From: Candidatus Hermodarchaeum yapensis
GTDB taxonomy: Archaea > Asgardarchaeota > Hermodarchaeia > Hermodarchaeales > Hermodarchaeaceae
DNA: 54,847 nucleotides
NCBI GenBank assembly: GCA_016840405.1
Contig: JAEOSK010000018.1
Span: 1 to 54,847, forward strand
Reading direction: 5' to 3'
The translations under genes were made by a program, and so were the position numbers. Shown here in pieces: positions 1-9,662 of the stretch (position 1 is its first letter; each line of letters starts with the position of its first letter). Below the pieces are notes generated by a model. It was not told the DNA's origin, searched no databases, and saw nothing but the letters and a program-made list of their open reading frames with translations.

Positions 1-29
1 GGAATTGCCGGTAACGCCTATAGCTGGAG

Positions 30-1955
30 ATGACAACGGGAATGGCGTTATCACAACGAAATCGTCTTTTTCTCTTCGCAGTCCTATTCATAGGTTTGTT
101 AAGCTGGACCAGCCTCTTTTCTGCTGACAAACAGTTAGCCTGTCGAGCAGAGTGGACTTATCCTGATGGATACGATCCCCATGGGGGGTACATAGACCGA
201 GTGACGTTCGTCGTTTATCCTCCCGAGGATGAACAGCTCGGGCTTCAAGCGGTACAGGCGAATCTCATCGATGCGTGGGACGAACGCGTGCCGGCTGAAA
301 ACATCGCCGAGCTCCAGGCGACAACTGGTGTGGAGGTGACCACTGAGCCAGGAGATATGTACCGGATGTTTTGCCTGAACTGCGGACGCTTCCCCACCAA
401 CATCACAGCGTATCGACAGGCTATAGCCTACGCGTTAGATAAGACAGCTGTGATCCAAGCATCCACGGGTGGTCTAGCCTTCCACCAGGATTGCGCCCTG
501 CCAATCAATTTGGGGAACTGGACCTTCGAAAACATTTTAACTGAAACCTACTATGCCCAAGATATCGAAAAAGCCAACGCCACCTTGGAAGCTTCAGGCT
601 TCCGGGACCTCGATGGAAACGGGTGGCGGGACTTTGACACGAACAACAACAGCATTCTAGATGCTGGGGATATACTCGATGACGACTTTGAGGTAGAACT
701 GTATCATACAGCAGGGTACGTTCCTGCTGGCAATGCCGTCAGCCTGGCTGCAGATGGTATGGCTCTGTGTGGGATCAGGGCATCGGTTGAGCCTTTAGAC
801 TTCAATATGATGATTGACAGAATTACATTTGGTAATTACTGGCTTGGCTGTTTTTCTTTCTCGCATGTAAACAGTCCAGAATTTCTTTATGACACGTTTC
901 ATAGCTCTACTGGTAATAGCGAGTGGTTCTTTGGTGGATACAATAGCTCTGCCTATGACATGTTTGCCGAGAACATGATGGCTGCTAGCACCCAAGGGGA
1001 AGCAAATCAATGGGCTTGGTTATGCCAGTATCAGCTCTGGTTGGATGTACCAATGATTGTCTGCTACAACGACGTATACACCCACGCCTACCGCACGGAT
1101 CGCTGGGAAGGCTACATCAATATGGTAATGAGGAACCGAATCTGTAATGGTTACAGTCTGGTACACATCAGGTTGAAGGAAGATTATGGTGGACCCTGGG
1201 GGTGCATCCCAACCGAATACCACATGAGCCTCCAAGAGGGGCTTGACACTACAAACTGGTTGATGAGCAACTCGGAACATACTACAAAGGTATTTCAACT
1301 CGTCTATGAAGAACTTTGGACCATCTCACCCTACGACTTGACACCACAACCGGGACTAGCATATTCCTGGGAGGTTGAACCCACAGTGGCTTTCGGGGAT
1401 ATTCAAGATGGGGAGAAATACACGTTCCACTTGTATGAGAACGCGACCTGGCACGATGGCACACCGGTCACTGCTACGGATGTAGCCTTCAGTTTGTCGC
1501 TGGGTTTACAAGATCCATATGATGCAGACCACTATGCAAACGTGTACATGACCAATATCCTTGATTCCAACACAATTGAAATTTATACCAATGCAACAGG
1601 TTACTTCGAGTGGATACGGGCAACAGGTTTTACCATCTATCCTGCTCACATTTGGTCTACTCATCCAAATGTTACAATGTGGCAGCCAAGCGTTGAAGAC
1701 CTGGTAGGTTCAGGACCCTATATGTTTAGGACCCATGTTCCCGGCCAATGGCTAGTGTTGGAGCGTCATCATGCGTGGCATTTCGCCGTGGTGATGCCCC
1801 TCCGGCCAGATTGCGGGTGGGGTCCACCACCAGGATATTACCTGCTTATCAACATTGGGATTTTGGTCATTATTATCCAGGTCGGAATCCTTGGATTCCT
1901 TCTGTACAGGCGACGGGAGTCTAAGTCGAAATTCAAAGCCTATTCTAGGAGCTGA
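30..1955 (+). CDS. ABC transporter solute-binding protein, family 5 (OppA/DppA-like), circularly permuted, membrane-anchored
   Basis: Family-5 motifs LAYSWE..DGEKYTFHL..NATWHDGTPVTATDVAFS, VGSGPY and RQAIAYALDK. N-terminal signal peptide; C-terminal Pro-rich linker, TM helix and basic tail. DxDGxG Ca-loop-like insert. Confidence 0.9.
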   Translation: MTTGMALSQRNRLFLFAVLFIGLLSWTSLFSADKQLACRAEWTYPDGYDPHGGYIDRVTFVVYPPEDEQLGLQAVQANLIDAWDERVPAENIAELQATTGVEVTTEPGDMYRMFCLNCGRFPTNITAYRQAIAYALDKTAVIQASTGGLAFHQDCALPINLGNWTFENILTETYYAQDIEKANATLEASGFRDLDGNGWRDFDTNNNSILDAGDILDDDFEVELYHTAGYVPAGNAVSLAADGMALCGIRASVEPLDFNMMIDRITFGNYWLGCFSFSHVNSPEFLYDTFHSSTGNSEWFFGGYNSSAYDMFAENMMAASTQGEANQWAWLCQYQLWLDVPMIVCYNDVYTHAYRTDRWEGYINMVMRNRICNGYSLVHIRLKEDYGGPWGCIPTEYHMSLQEGLDTTNWLMSNSEHTTKVFQLVYEELWTISPYDLTPQPGLAYSWEVEPTVAFGDIQDGEKYTFHLYENATWHDGTPVTATDVAFSLSLGLQDPYDADHYANVYMTNILDSNTIEIYTNATGYFEWIRATGFTIYPAHIWSTHPNVTMWQPSVEDLVGSGPYMFRTHVPGQWLVLERHHAWHFAVVMPLRPDCGWGPPPGYYLLINIGILVIIIQVGILGFLLYRRRESKSKFKAYSRS

Positions 1956-1962
1956 TTTTAAC

Positions 1963-2767
1963 TTGCTGATTGGAAAACTGCATTTGATACTCTTCTGTTC
2001 ACTCATTATTATCGGCTTTCTTGGCATCACAAGCCTTCATTCCCCCGACAGGACCGTAACAAGTCGCGCTGAATGAATCTATCCGGATGGGTATGATCCA
2101 CATGGAGGATATTTGGACCGGGTGACCTTCGCCGTGTATCCCCCCGAAGACTAACAACTAGGCCTCCAAGCTCTCCAAGCAAATCTTATCTATGCGTGGG
2201 AAACAGAGACGACTACTGCATCAGGAGATATTCAGGATGGAGAAAAGTACATCTTTCACCTCTACGAGAACGCTACCTGGCACGATGGCACACCAGTCAC
2301 AGCTACTGACGTGGCTTTCAGTGTACCTTTGGGTTTACTGGATCCCTATAACGCTGAAAATTATGAAAACATCTATATGACCAATGTCCTCGACTCTAAT
2401 ACAATCGAGATATTCACGAACAACACTGGCTACGTTGAATGGACACGGGCAACAGGTTTTACAATCTATCCCGCTCACATTTGGCCTTCACCAAACAATG
2501 TATTTGACATGGGAACCAATCGTTGAAGAGTTAGTAGGTTCGAGACCCTATGTGTTTCGTGTCCATGTTCCCGAACAATACGTGGTGTTGGAACGTCATC
2601 CTGATTGGCACTTTGCTGTTCCACAACCACCTCGAATTGATTGCCCATGGCTTACACCTCCTCCACCACCATACATACGTATTTTTTTATACATAATCGT
2701 AATTGAAATTATCATCTTAGTATATTTTCTTAATCGACGCAAGAAAAAATTCCCTAAAGTAGAATGA
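1963..2767 (+). pseudogene. Decayed paralogue of the upstream solute-binding protein
   Basis: Reads RAE*IYPDGYDPHGGYLDRVTFAVYPPED*QLGLQALQANLIYAWE..GDIQDGEKYIFHLYENATWHDG. Stops at TGA 2074-2076 and TAA 2152-2154, a frameshift near 2505, and a large internal deletion. Confidence 0.9.
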
Positions 2768-2801
2768 CAATCATCATCTTTAGAAAAACGGTTCAGTGTG
2801 A

Positions 2802-3137
2802 CTATTTCGGTTTGTAGCGATGGGGTTCGGCGAAAAAGTCCATGGCGCGAGTGAAGGTGTGGGCGGATCCCGAGTGGATAACGCCTTCGGGGATATAATA
2901 GGAGTCACCCGATTTTAGTTCGTGAACTTTGTCTCCGATTGTAAGGCGGAGTGCGCCTTCGATGAGGATTCCCCATTGGGCTTTGTGAGAATGGGGAGGA
3001 ATGGTGACATTGGGTTGGATTTCGAAGAAGACGATTTGGAAGATGTCGCCTTGGGCGAGCCACCCTTTTACACCTTCAATTGGTAGATCTACTTGAGGGA
3101 GCATTTTGAAAAAGTCTGGATAGGGTTCTATCTTCAT
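2802..3137 (-). CDS. Cupin domain protein
   Basis: PPHSH..QWG and G-D-S-Y-Y-I-P-x-G-x-x-H cupin motifs. Confidence 0.85.
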   Translation of the reverse strand: MKIEPYPDFFKMLPQVDLPIEGVKGWLAQGDIFQIVFFEIQPNVTIPPHSHKAQWGILIEGALRLTIGDKVHELKSGDSYYIPEGVIHSGSAHTFTRAMDFFAEPHRYKPK

Positions 3138-3181
3138 GGACTAGTCACCTGTGATATTTCTTCGTATTTTTTCATATCAAC

Positions 3182-4888
3182 CTATTTCATTTTACCTTCT
3201 CGCATTGAATCAAAATAGGCTATTGGACCGGGTACATCTGGATCGATGACAACATCGATAACAGAGGGGCTATTAGTTTTGATGGCTTTTCTAAGTGCAG
3301 GTGTGATTTCGTCTGGGGTTTCTATTCGTTGTCCAGAGCATTTGAGGGTTTCAGCTAACTGCCCGAAATTGATATCGAGGAAATCACATTCGATGGCTTT
3401 ATCGTAGAAGGTTTGTTCATAGTGTTTTTGGAAACCTAACATGCGATTGTTTAAAACGATGATCGTCACCGGGATTTCATATCGTGCAGCGGTTTCCAGA
3501 TCCGAATATGAATAGCCAAAACCACCGTCACCTGTGATGCAAATCACCGGTTTCTTTGGAGCAGCTAGTTTTGCACCCAAAGCCAGAGGTAATCCAGGGC
3601 CAATGATTCCCAACCCTCGTGGACCGATAAATCGTCGTCCAGGGTTAGCAAATTCGATGTGACTGAGGACCCAAAGTGAGCTATAGCTTGCATCTGTCAC
3701 TACAATGGTTTTAGGATCAATGAAGGTTTGCAATTCTTTCATGAGTCGTTGTGGGTTAATGGGCGTTGTTGTTGAATCGCTTTCTGATGCGATGAAATCT
3801 CGCCAGTCTTGAACTAATTGGGCGATTTTCTTTGTGCGGGTTGCTTTTTTGCCTTGTTTTGGAAGTCTTTCTTTGATAATCGTTACTAATTGAGCTAATG
3901 CTAATTTTGCGTCAGCAACGATTCCTAAGGTTGTGGAATAATTTCGTCCGATCTCTTCAGGGTCAATGTCGATGTGGATTATGGTTGAATCATGAGAGGG
4001 AATAGTCCAATTTGTAGTATCTACTTGATCGGTTTGGGTTCCGATGAAAAGCACGACATCAGATTCTGCGACAATCTTGTTGGCAACTTGTCCACGTCCC
4101 GTTGTTCCGCTAGTATATGTTCCCATCACTCCAACGGCGAGATAATGTGTATCGGGAATCGCTCCTTTGCCTAGCATTGTCGTAGCTACAGGCACTGCTA
4201 GAGTTTCAGCTAGTTCAATGAGTTCTTTCCATGCTTGAGATTGGATGACTCCCCCGCCAGCAACAATACAAGGCTTTTGTGCCTTGAGAAGAAGATTTGC
4301 TGCTTTCGAAATTCGGTTGGGTTCAGCAGCTATTCGAATGGCTGGGACAGAACCAAATTCCGGTTCTGCCTTCAGATTCACAGAAGTCTCTTTCCTTATT
4401 TCAGTTTTTAATGCATTATACGTTAGGTTAAGTACCACTGGACCAGGTTTACCAGTTGTGGCAATTCTGAATGCCTTTCGAAGCATTTCAGGAACTTGAT
4501 CAGGCGTTTCTACGCGTGTCACCCATTTTGTCACAGGTTTTAGAAGGGAGACTTGATCAAGCTCTTGAATGGCATGTTTGCCCACTAGTTCTAAATCCAC
4601 AGCGGAAACGAGTCCAATCACCGGGATACAGGAGACATAGGCTTCGGCTAGACCGGTTATGAGATTTGTGACGCCCGGTCCATGGATCGCTGTACAGATA
4701 CCTGGGCGGTAGGTCACTCGGGCATATCCATCAGCCATATGTGCAGCTGACCGTTCGTCATGCACGGTGATTGGACGAATATCGTCTCGGTTTAATTCCT
4801 TATAGAGGCTCTCCGGTGAATCCATTCCAAAAAGGTATTTCACTCCATACCCTTTGAGAAGTTGATATAGTGCTGTAGCACCCTTCAT
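3182..4888 (-). CDS. Thiamine-diphosphate-dependent enzyme, acetolactate synthase large subunit-like
   Basis: HDERSAAHMADGYAR, GPGVTN and the ThDP motif GDGGFG...NN; the exact substrate is unknown. Confidence 0.85.
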   Translation of the reverse strand: MKGATALYQLLKGYGVKYLFGMDSPESLYKELNRDDIRPITVHDERSAAHMADGYARVTYRPGICTAIHGPGVTNLITGLAEAYVSCIPVIGLVSAVDLELVGKHAIQELDQVSLLKPVTKWVTRVETPDQVPEMLRKAFRIATTGKPGPVVLNLTYNALKTEIRKETSVNLKAEPEFGSVPAIRIAAEPNRISKAANLLLKAQKPCIVAGGGVIQSQAWKELIELAETLAVPVATTMLGKGAIPDTHYLAVGVMGTYTSGTTGRGQVANKIVAESDVVLFIGTQTDQVDTTNWTIPSHDSTIIHIDIDPEEIGRNYSTTLGIVADAKLALAQLVTIIKERLPKQGKKATRTKKIAQLVQDWRDFIASESDSTTTPINPQRLMKELQTFIDPKTIVVTDASYSSLWVLSHIEFANPGRRFIGPRGLGIIGPGLPLALGAKLAAPKKPVICITGDGGFGYSYSDLETAARYEIPVTIIVLNNRMLGFQKHYEQTFYDKAIECDFLDINFGQLAETLKCSGQRIETPDEITPALRKAIKTNSPSVIDVVIDPDVPGPIAYFDSMREGKMK

Positions 4889-4995
4889 GGCATTGACTGT
4901 ATATTGCTTCCTTAAATATGTTGAAAGCCGTTATAGGGCTTGGAGAGTACGGGTGACGCTGGTTTCAAAAAAGTAACTTTGATACCGTTGATAGA

Positions 4996-5685
4996 TTACG
5001 TTTTTACGCCGAGGTCGTCGAGTTTTTTTCGGAGACCGGGGTATTTGGGGTTGATTTGCCAAGCGCGTTGATAGTATTTGATGGCTTTGCGTTTGTGGCC
5101 GCTTTTTTCGAGGGTGAGCCCCAGTTGGTAGTAGGCATCGATGTAGTCAGGGTCGATAACGAGGGCTTGTTGGAAGCTACCAGCGGCTTCGTTGAGGCGT
5201 TCGAGGGCCATCATGCGGGTTCCTTTATTGAACCATGCCATAGCAAAGGCAGGGTCGAGGTGGGTGGCGCGTTCGAAGCATTCGAGGGCTTCGGCTTGGC
5301 GTCCCACTTTGGAGAGTTCCATGCCATAGTCGTTCCAGGCCATTGCGAATTCTGGGTCGAGGTGGGTGGCATTCTCAAAGCAGAGGAGGGCATCTTGGGA
5401 GAGGCCCAGTTGGCTGAGAGCTTTGCCTTTGCTGTTCCAGGCGCGTGCGTAGTCGGGGGAGAGGCCGATGGCTTTGTCAAAGCTTTCTATGGCGGTGCGG
5501 TATTTGCGGAGTTGGTAGAGGACGACGCCGCGGTTGTACCAGACGTTGACGCGTTGGGGTTCGGTTTCAAGGATCTTATTGAAACATTCGAGTGCTTTCG
5601 CGTAATTCCCGCGTCTGGTGTAGTTGACTCCTTTGTTGAATAAGGCATTAATATCATCTTGGCCAGGAGTCGTTCGACTACGCAA
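4996..5685 (-). CDS. Tetratricopeptide repeat protein (about 6 TPRs)
   Basis: 34-aa repeats W-x-N-x-G..L..LG...EA..CF..A..LDP; GGAGG upstream of the TTG start. Confidence 0.9.
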   Translation of the reverse strand: MRSRTTPGQDDINALFNKGVNYTRRGNYAKALECFNKILETEPQRVNVWYNRGVVLYQLRKYRTAIESFDKAIGLSPDYARAWNSKGKALSQLGLSQDALLCFENATHLDPEFAMAWNDYGMELSKVGRQAEALECFERATHLDPAFAMAWFNKGTRMMALERLNEAAGSFQQALVIDPDYIDAYYQLGLTLEKSGHKRKAIKYYQRAWQINPKYPGLRKKLDDLGVKT

Positions 5686-5770
5686 AAGGAATCCTCCCTA
5701 ATGATTGTGTTATTCTGTCTTTCAAGGCTAAAGCTGTTTGTATTATTGAAAATTTCCTTTGATTCGGGTT

Positions 5771-6661
5771 TCACTTCGTGCGAAACACGAGCTTCTCTAA
5801 GTCGCTACGTTTCGCTTTCAGTAAACGTGTACAGCCTACACCTTGGACATTGATGGCGCCAGCAGCATTACCCCATTTTGCTGCGAGTATGATGTCGTTA
5901 TCTTGGAGGTAGCTGGCGAGGAAGGCTCCGGCGAAACTATCTCCAGCACCTGTGACATCAACTTCGTTGGAATGAAAGCTTGCCACGTGGTGAACCTTTC
6001 CTTGGTGGTTGACCAAGCACCCGTCAGATCCTTGCGTGACGACGACGATGGGCACTAGTTCGCCCAAGTGTTCAATTGCATTCTTAGAGTCGTCAAGTTG
6101 AGTGAGGAACATCGCTTCGACTGAATTCAGAAAGAGAATGTCCAGAAAGGGTAATTGGGGGATAATCTCATTACGGAGGGTTTTGGCTTGATGAAATATT
6201 GTGGTCATACTGAGGAGTTTGTTCTTTCCCTGAACCCGTTTTATCAGGGCACGTTGTATGTGCGGAGGGAGAATCCCCAGATGAACGGCTTGTGCTTTTT
6301 TAATGCGTTCAGAGAAGAAGCGAAAGGAGAGTCGGTTGCCGACACCAAAATGGAGTCTGTAACTGTTCATCGTTCTATTCTGTGCGAAATCTGCCCAGAA
6401 GTGGGCTGACCGACCTGGTTGTTGACGGACACCTGACAGGTCGACACTCTTTGATTCGAGCATTTGCAGGAATTTGTGGGGAAAGTCATTGCCAATAGTT
6501 GAGACTACGGCTACTTTGCTACCGAGTGTCGCTGCGGCTATGGCTACATGGGCAGCTGATCCACCGAGTACTGGGGTGTGTGGTGTGCCCTTGAAGGAGA
6601 GTTCGTCGATGGCGAGTTTTCCGGCAACTACAAGGTCAATGGTCACAGGTAAGCGAACCAA
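5771..6661 (-). CDS. PfkB/ribokinase family carbohydrate or nucleoside kinase
   Basis: GGSAAHVA and DVTGAGDSFAG signatures. The true start may be GTG at 6646, about 23 nt after a CTTATAA box. Confidence 0.9.
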   Translation of the reverse strand: MVRLPVTIDLVVAGKLAIDELSFKGTPHTPVLGGSAAHVAIAAATLGSKVAVVSTIGNDFPHKFLQMLESKSVDLSGVRQQPGRSAHFWADFAQNRTMNSYRLHFGVGNRLSFRFFSERIKKAQAVHLGILPPHIQRALIKRVQGKNKLLSMTTIFHQAKTLRNEIIPQLPFLDILFLNSVEAMFLTQLDDSKNAIEHLGELVPIVVVTQGSDGCLVNHQGKVHHVASFHSNEVDVTGAGDSFAGAFLASYLQDNDIILAAKWGNAAGAINVQGVGCTRLLKAKRSDLEKLVFRTK

Positions 6662-6776
6662 GTGTTGAGTTATAAGAGCTTTGCCATTATTGAATTGATT
6701 TGGGGTTCCTTCGGTTTGGATTCAGTGCCATAACCTGCTGATTTGAAAACTGATTCAATTCAGTTGAAAGAGTGTT

Positions 6777-8015
6777 TTAACGTCGAAACCGACGGTACGC
6801 GAAGAGAACTATCACGATTAGAAAGATGATTGTGGTACTAACGAGTGCAACGGCGACGATAATCTCCTCGATGGAAGGACCTGGTAGGCTTGGAAATTGT
6901 CCTGCGGCAGGTAGGATGTAGTTTTCTAGGTAGAAGTAATCTTCGATGATGCTCGAGTCTGCAGTGAAGACAACGATCATGTCTAGATCGGCAAAAACAT
7001 AGATAAATTGACCAAGGTATCCGCGGGCAGAGTAGCAGGAAGTCAAGGGTGTTGTAATTGGGCCGTGGACCCACCATTGGTAGCCATATCCCCAATCACT
7101 CCAGAGTGAAACGTGCTGCTGGCTAGCTGAAGTAACCCATTCTGCTGGAACGATTTGTACTCCATCCCAGGTGCCATTATTTAAAAAGAGAAATCCCAGT
7201 TTAGCCATGTCTCGAGGCAGAATGACAAGGGATGAGCCTCCATTATTATTACCTTGTGAATCTCGTGCCCATGCATAGTCGGTAATTCCAAGGGGTCCGA
7301 AAAGATACGTTTCAGCAAATGCGAGGGCAGTCATATTGGTTGCTTGGGTGAGGATAGCGGAGAGCAAGTGAGAGCCACCTGTGTTGTAGACCCACATTTC
7401 TCCTGGAGCATACTCCATTGGTCGGTTAATGACGAATTCGACCCAATTGTCACTTTCAATCATTTGTCTCCAGTCGTTGTCAGGGTGTTGGTATGGAACA
7501 CTTGACTCATCCCAAGGTAGCCCCGAAGTCATTGTGAGCAGGTGTTCAACAGTGATGGCGCGCTTCCTGGAATCCAGATTTTGGATAGTCAGGTTGGGAA
7601 AGAAATCTATCATGTAGTCATCAATGCTGAGAAACCCCATTGAGACTGCAATTCCTATTAATGTGGAAGTGAAACTTTTCGTGCAGGAATAGATATTCCG
7701 AGTATCGTTTTCCCCCATCCCGAAGTTGGGGTTGTAGTAAGACGCATGGACGAGATACCCATTTTTAACTACTAATGCTGAGACGATAGGATTTCCCAAA
7801 TAAGCTTCGTCGATGTATTCATCTAAAGCCGTCAGATACGTTGAATCCATTCCCTGATCTTCAGGAGTTGAGGTCTGCCAGTAGTCAGTGGGCCAATAAT
7901 CCGGCACCTTTGCAGTCGTGAATGTAATTAATTGGGTTGGGATAGTCGTAAAGGAGAGAAGTACAACAGGCAGCAATATCAAAAGGAAGAGTCGAGTTCT
8001 TGTCATCCATCTCAA
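6777..8015 (-). CDS. Serine hydrolase, beta-lactamase/AmpC-like family, membrane-anchored
   Basis: SxxK (SCTK), LLTMTSG, PG..W.YN and RDMAKLG motifs; signal peptide; C-terminal TM + RRFRR. Confidence 0.9.
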   Translation of the reverse strand: MRWMTRTRLFLLILLPVVLLSFTTIPTQLITFTTAKVPDYWPTDYWQTSTPEDQGMDSTYLTALDEYIDEAYLGNPIVSALVVKNGYLVHASYYNPNFGMGENDTRNIYSCTKSFTSTLIGIAVSMGFLSIDDYMIDFFPNLTIQNLDSRKRAITVEHLLTMTSGLPWDESSVPYQHPDNDWRQMIESDNWVEFVINRPMEYAPGEMWVYNTGGSHLLSAILTQATNMTALAFAETYLFGPLGITDYAWARDSQGNNNGGSSLVILPRDMAKLGFLFLNNGTWDGVQIVPAEWVTSASQQHVSLWSDWGYGYQWWVHGPITTPLTSCYSARGYLGQFIYVFADLDMIVVFTADSSIIEDYFYLENYILPAAGQFPSLPGPSIEEIIVAVALVSTTIIFLIVIVLFAYRRFRR

Positions 8016-8209
8016 CTTAATGCTAGCTAGTAAGTAGCATTGAAAAAATCATAGGTATAAACCCACGGGCACTACGGAGTTCGGAAAGTAGCTCTTATTT
8101 AATTGAGCGCAAAGTAAATCGAACCCTGAGGTTCACTATTACACCATTGAAATTCTGTAGGTTCAAAAATAAACATCAACAGCTCTTGTGGATAATTAGT
8201 CTGATATGG

Positions 8210-8275
8210 GAATTCTCTTATTGGAGAGAATGAATATTATGTTTGATTAGAAAGTGGATGGTCTGGGATTGACAA
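8210..8275 (+). repeat. Duplicated 5' region shared with 9643-9706
   Basis: GAATTCTCTTAT(T)GGAGA...GTGGATGGTCTG occurs at the start of both propeller genes. Confidence 0.75.
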
Positions 8276-9621
8276 ATTATTCTCAGAACCTCCGGTTACC
8301 CGGAGTGTATCTCATCCTGACCCTATTGATACTACTTCCTATCATTTCACACGTATCACTCCCAATTTCGAATCCAAAACTACGAAATAATTTCCAACCC
8401 AACCAGCAATTTCGATTGCGGACAAATTTGGAAAATCTTGATCGAGACTTGGTTTGGAACCGAACCTATAACATCTCTCCATATGATCGAGGTTACGCTA
8501 TTGTGGAATGCCAGACTGGCGGATTTGCCCTTTTCGGAGAAACCGAAGATAATCAATCTCAAACTGATTTATTATTGATACGAGTTGATACAGGAGGAAA
8601 CGTCCTTTGGAATTCCAGTTTTGGAACTATTGAGAATGAAATTGGAGTTGATTTCGTTGAGTGTTTAGATGGTGGCTTTGTACTACTAGGGTATCGAGAT
8701 CGTGAAATGTTTCTTATTCGAACGAATTCTTTAGGACATCTTCAATGGCAACAATCTTTCTTTTCAAGTTCAGGGCCCTGTGGTATTTCGATAGTTCGCT
8801 GCCAGACTGGTGGTTTTGCTGTTTTATACGATTCACTTGATGGTTGGACATGGCTGTTAAGATTGGATGATGCGGGTGTTCAATTATGGAACAGAACCTA
8901 TTATGGACGACCGTATTGGGGTTGTGATGTTTTTGTTGAATGTCAAGATGGTGGGTTCGCATTTATGGGCCCCTCTTTTAATGGGAATCCATTTTCCATC
9001 GAACTCTTTAGAACAGATTCAGTAGGGAATTTATTATGGGACCACTTTTTTGTAGTCAGAGATGTTTTTTGGGGTTTTGGCTTAGTAGAATGTGAGGATG
9101 GAGGATTTGCTTTTACAGGAAGGATTGAGGATAGGGGAATTAATGTAAATTGCTTATATTTGGGACGTACCGATCACTTGGGTGAATTGATGTGGAATAA
9201 CACATATGGTGAGGGCTGCGGATATTCTATTCTTCAGATAAATTCAGGGGAGTTTGTCATTACCGGTAACACTGTCGGAGTAATTCCTAGTTATGATGAT
9301 GTGTCGTTTTATATTTTCGATTCCTCTGGTACTGTTCTTATTAACTGGGAGCTTGGGGGAGCTTATTCTCAGAGAGGGAATTCGATTATAGAATGTCGGG
9401 ATGGTGGATTCGCAATTATCGGTGAGACTTACGACGAAGCTGATTTTTCAAATGTGCTACTTATTCGATTCCCCAAAGCTAGATTAGATCCCTTTCAAAG
9501 ATTCCAATGGTACGGTGTTGTAATTGTTCTACCGATTCTTGTCAGTGTAATAATCGTCATAATGACGATTCGGGTGTTCAAATTAAAGAAAGCCACCTTA
9601 AATAAAAAGAAACAATCGTAG
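8254..9621 (+). CDS. Surface 7-bladed beta-propeller protein (WNxTY..VECxDGGF repeats), TM-anchored
   Basis: Seven repeats of about 45-50 aa; N-terminal hydrophobic segment; C-terminal TM + Lys-rich tail. Confidence 0.8.
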   Translation: MDGLGLTNYSQNLRLPGVYLILTLLILLPIISHVSLPISNPKLRNNFQPNQQFRLRTNLENLDRDLVWNRTYNISPYDRGYAIVECQTGGFALFGETEDNQSQTDLLLIRVDTGGNVLWNSSFGTIENEIGVDFVECLDGGFVLLGYRDREMFLIRTNSLGHLQWQQSFFSSSGPCGISIVRCQTGGFAVLYDSLDGWTWLLRLDDAGVQLWNRTYYGRPYWGCDVFVECQDGGFAFMGPSFNGNPFSIELFRTDSVGNLLWDHFFVVRDVFWGFGLVECEDGGFAFTGRIEDRGINVNCLYLGRTDHLGELMWNNTYGEGCGYSILQINSGEFVITGNTVGVIPSYDDVSFYIFDSSGTVLINWELGGAYSQRGNSIIECRDGGFAIIGETYDEADFSNVLLIRFPKARLDPFQRFQWYGVVIVLPILVSVIIVIMTIRVFKLKKATLNKKKQS

Positions 9622-9662
9622 TATTAGCACATAATGAAAAGTGAATTCTCTTATGGAGATTT

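Noticed and set aside
2074-2154. In-frame TGA as selenocysteine or stop-codon recoding
   Set aside because: It aligns to Trp, not Cys, and co-occurs with a TAA, a frameshift and a deletion, so this is pseudogenisation.
5056-5643. 195-aa plus-strand ORF, and the many other short overlapping or antisense ORFs in the track
   Set aside because: These are shadows of well-supported genes on the opposite strand or frame and carry no motifs.
6777-8015. Antibiotic-resistance beta-lactamase
   Set aside because: The motifs only place it in the broad SxxK serine hydrolase family; an esterase, amidase or peptidase role is at least as likely.
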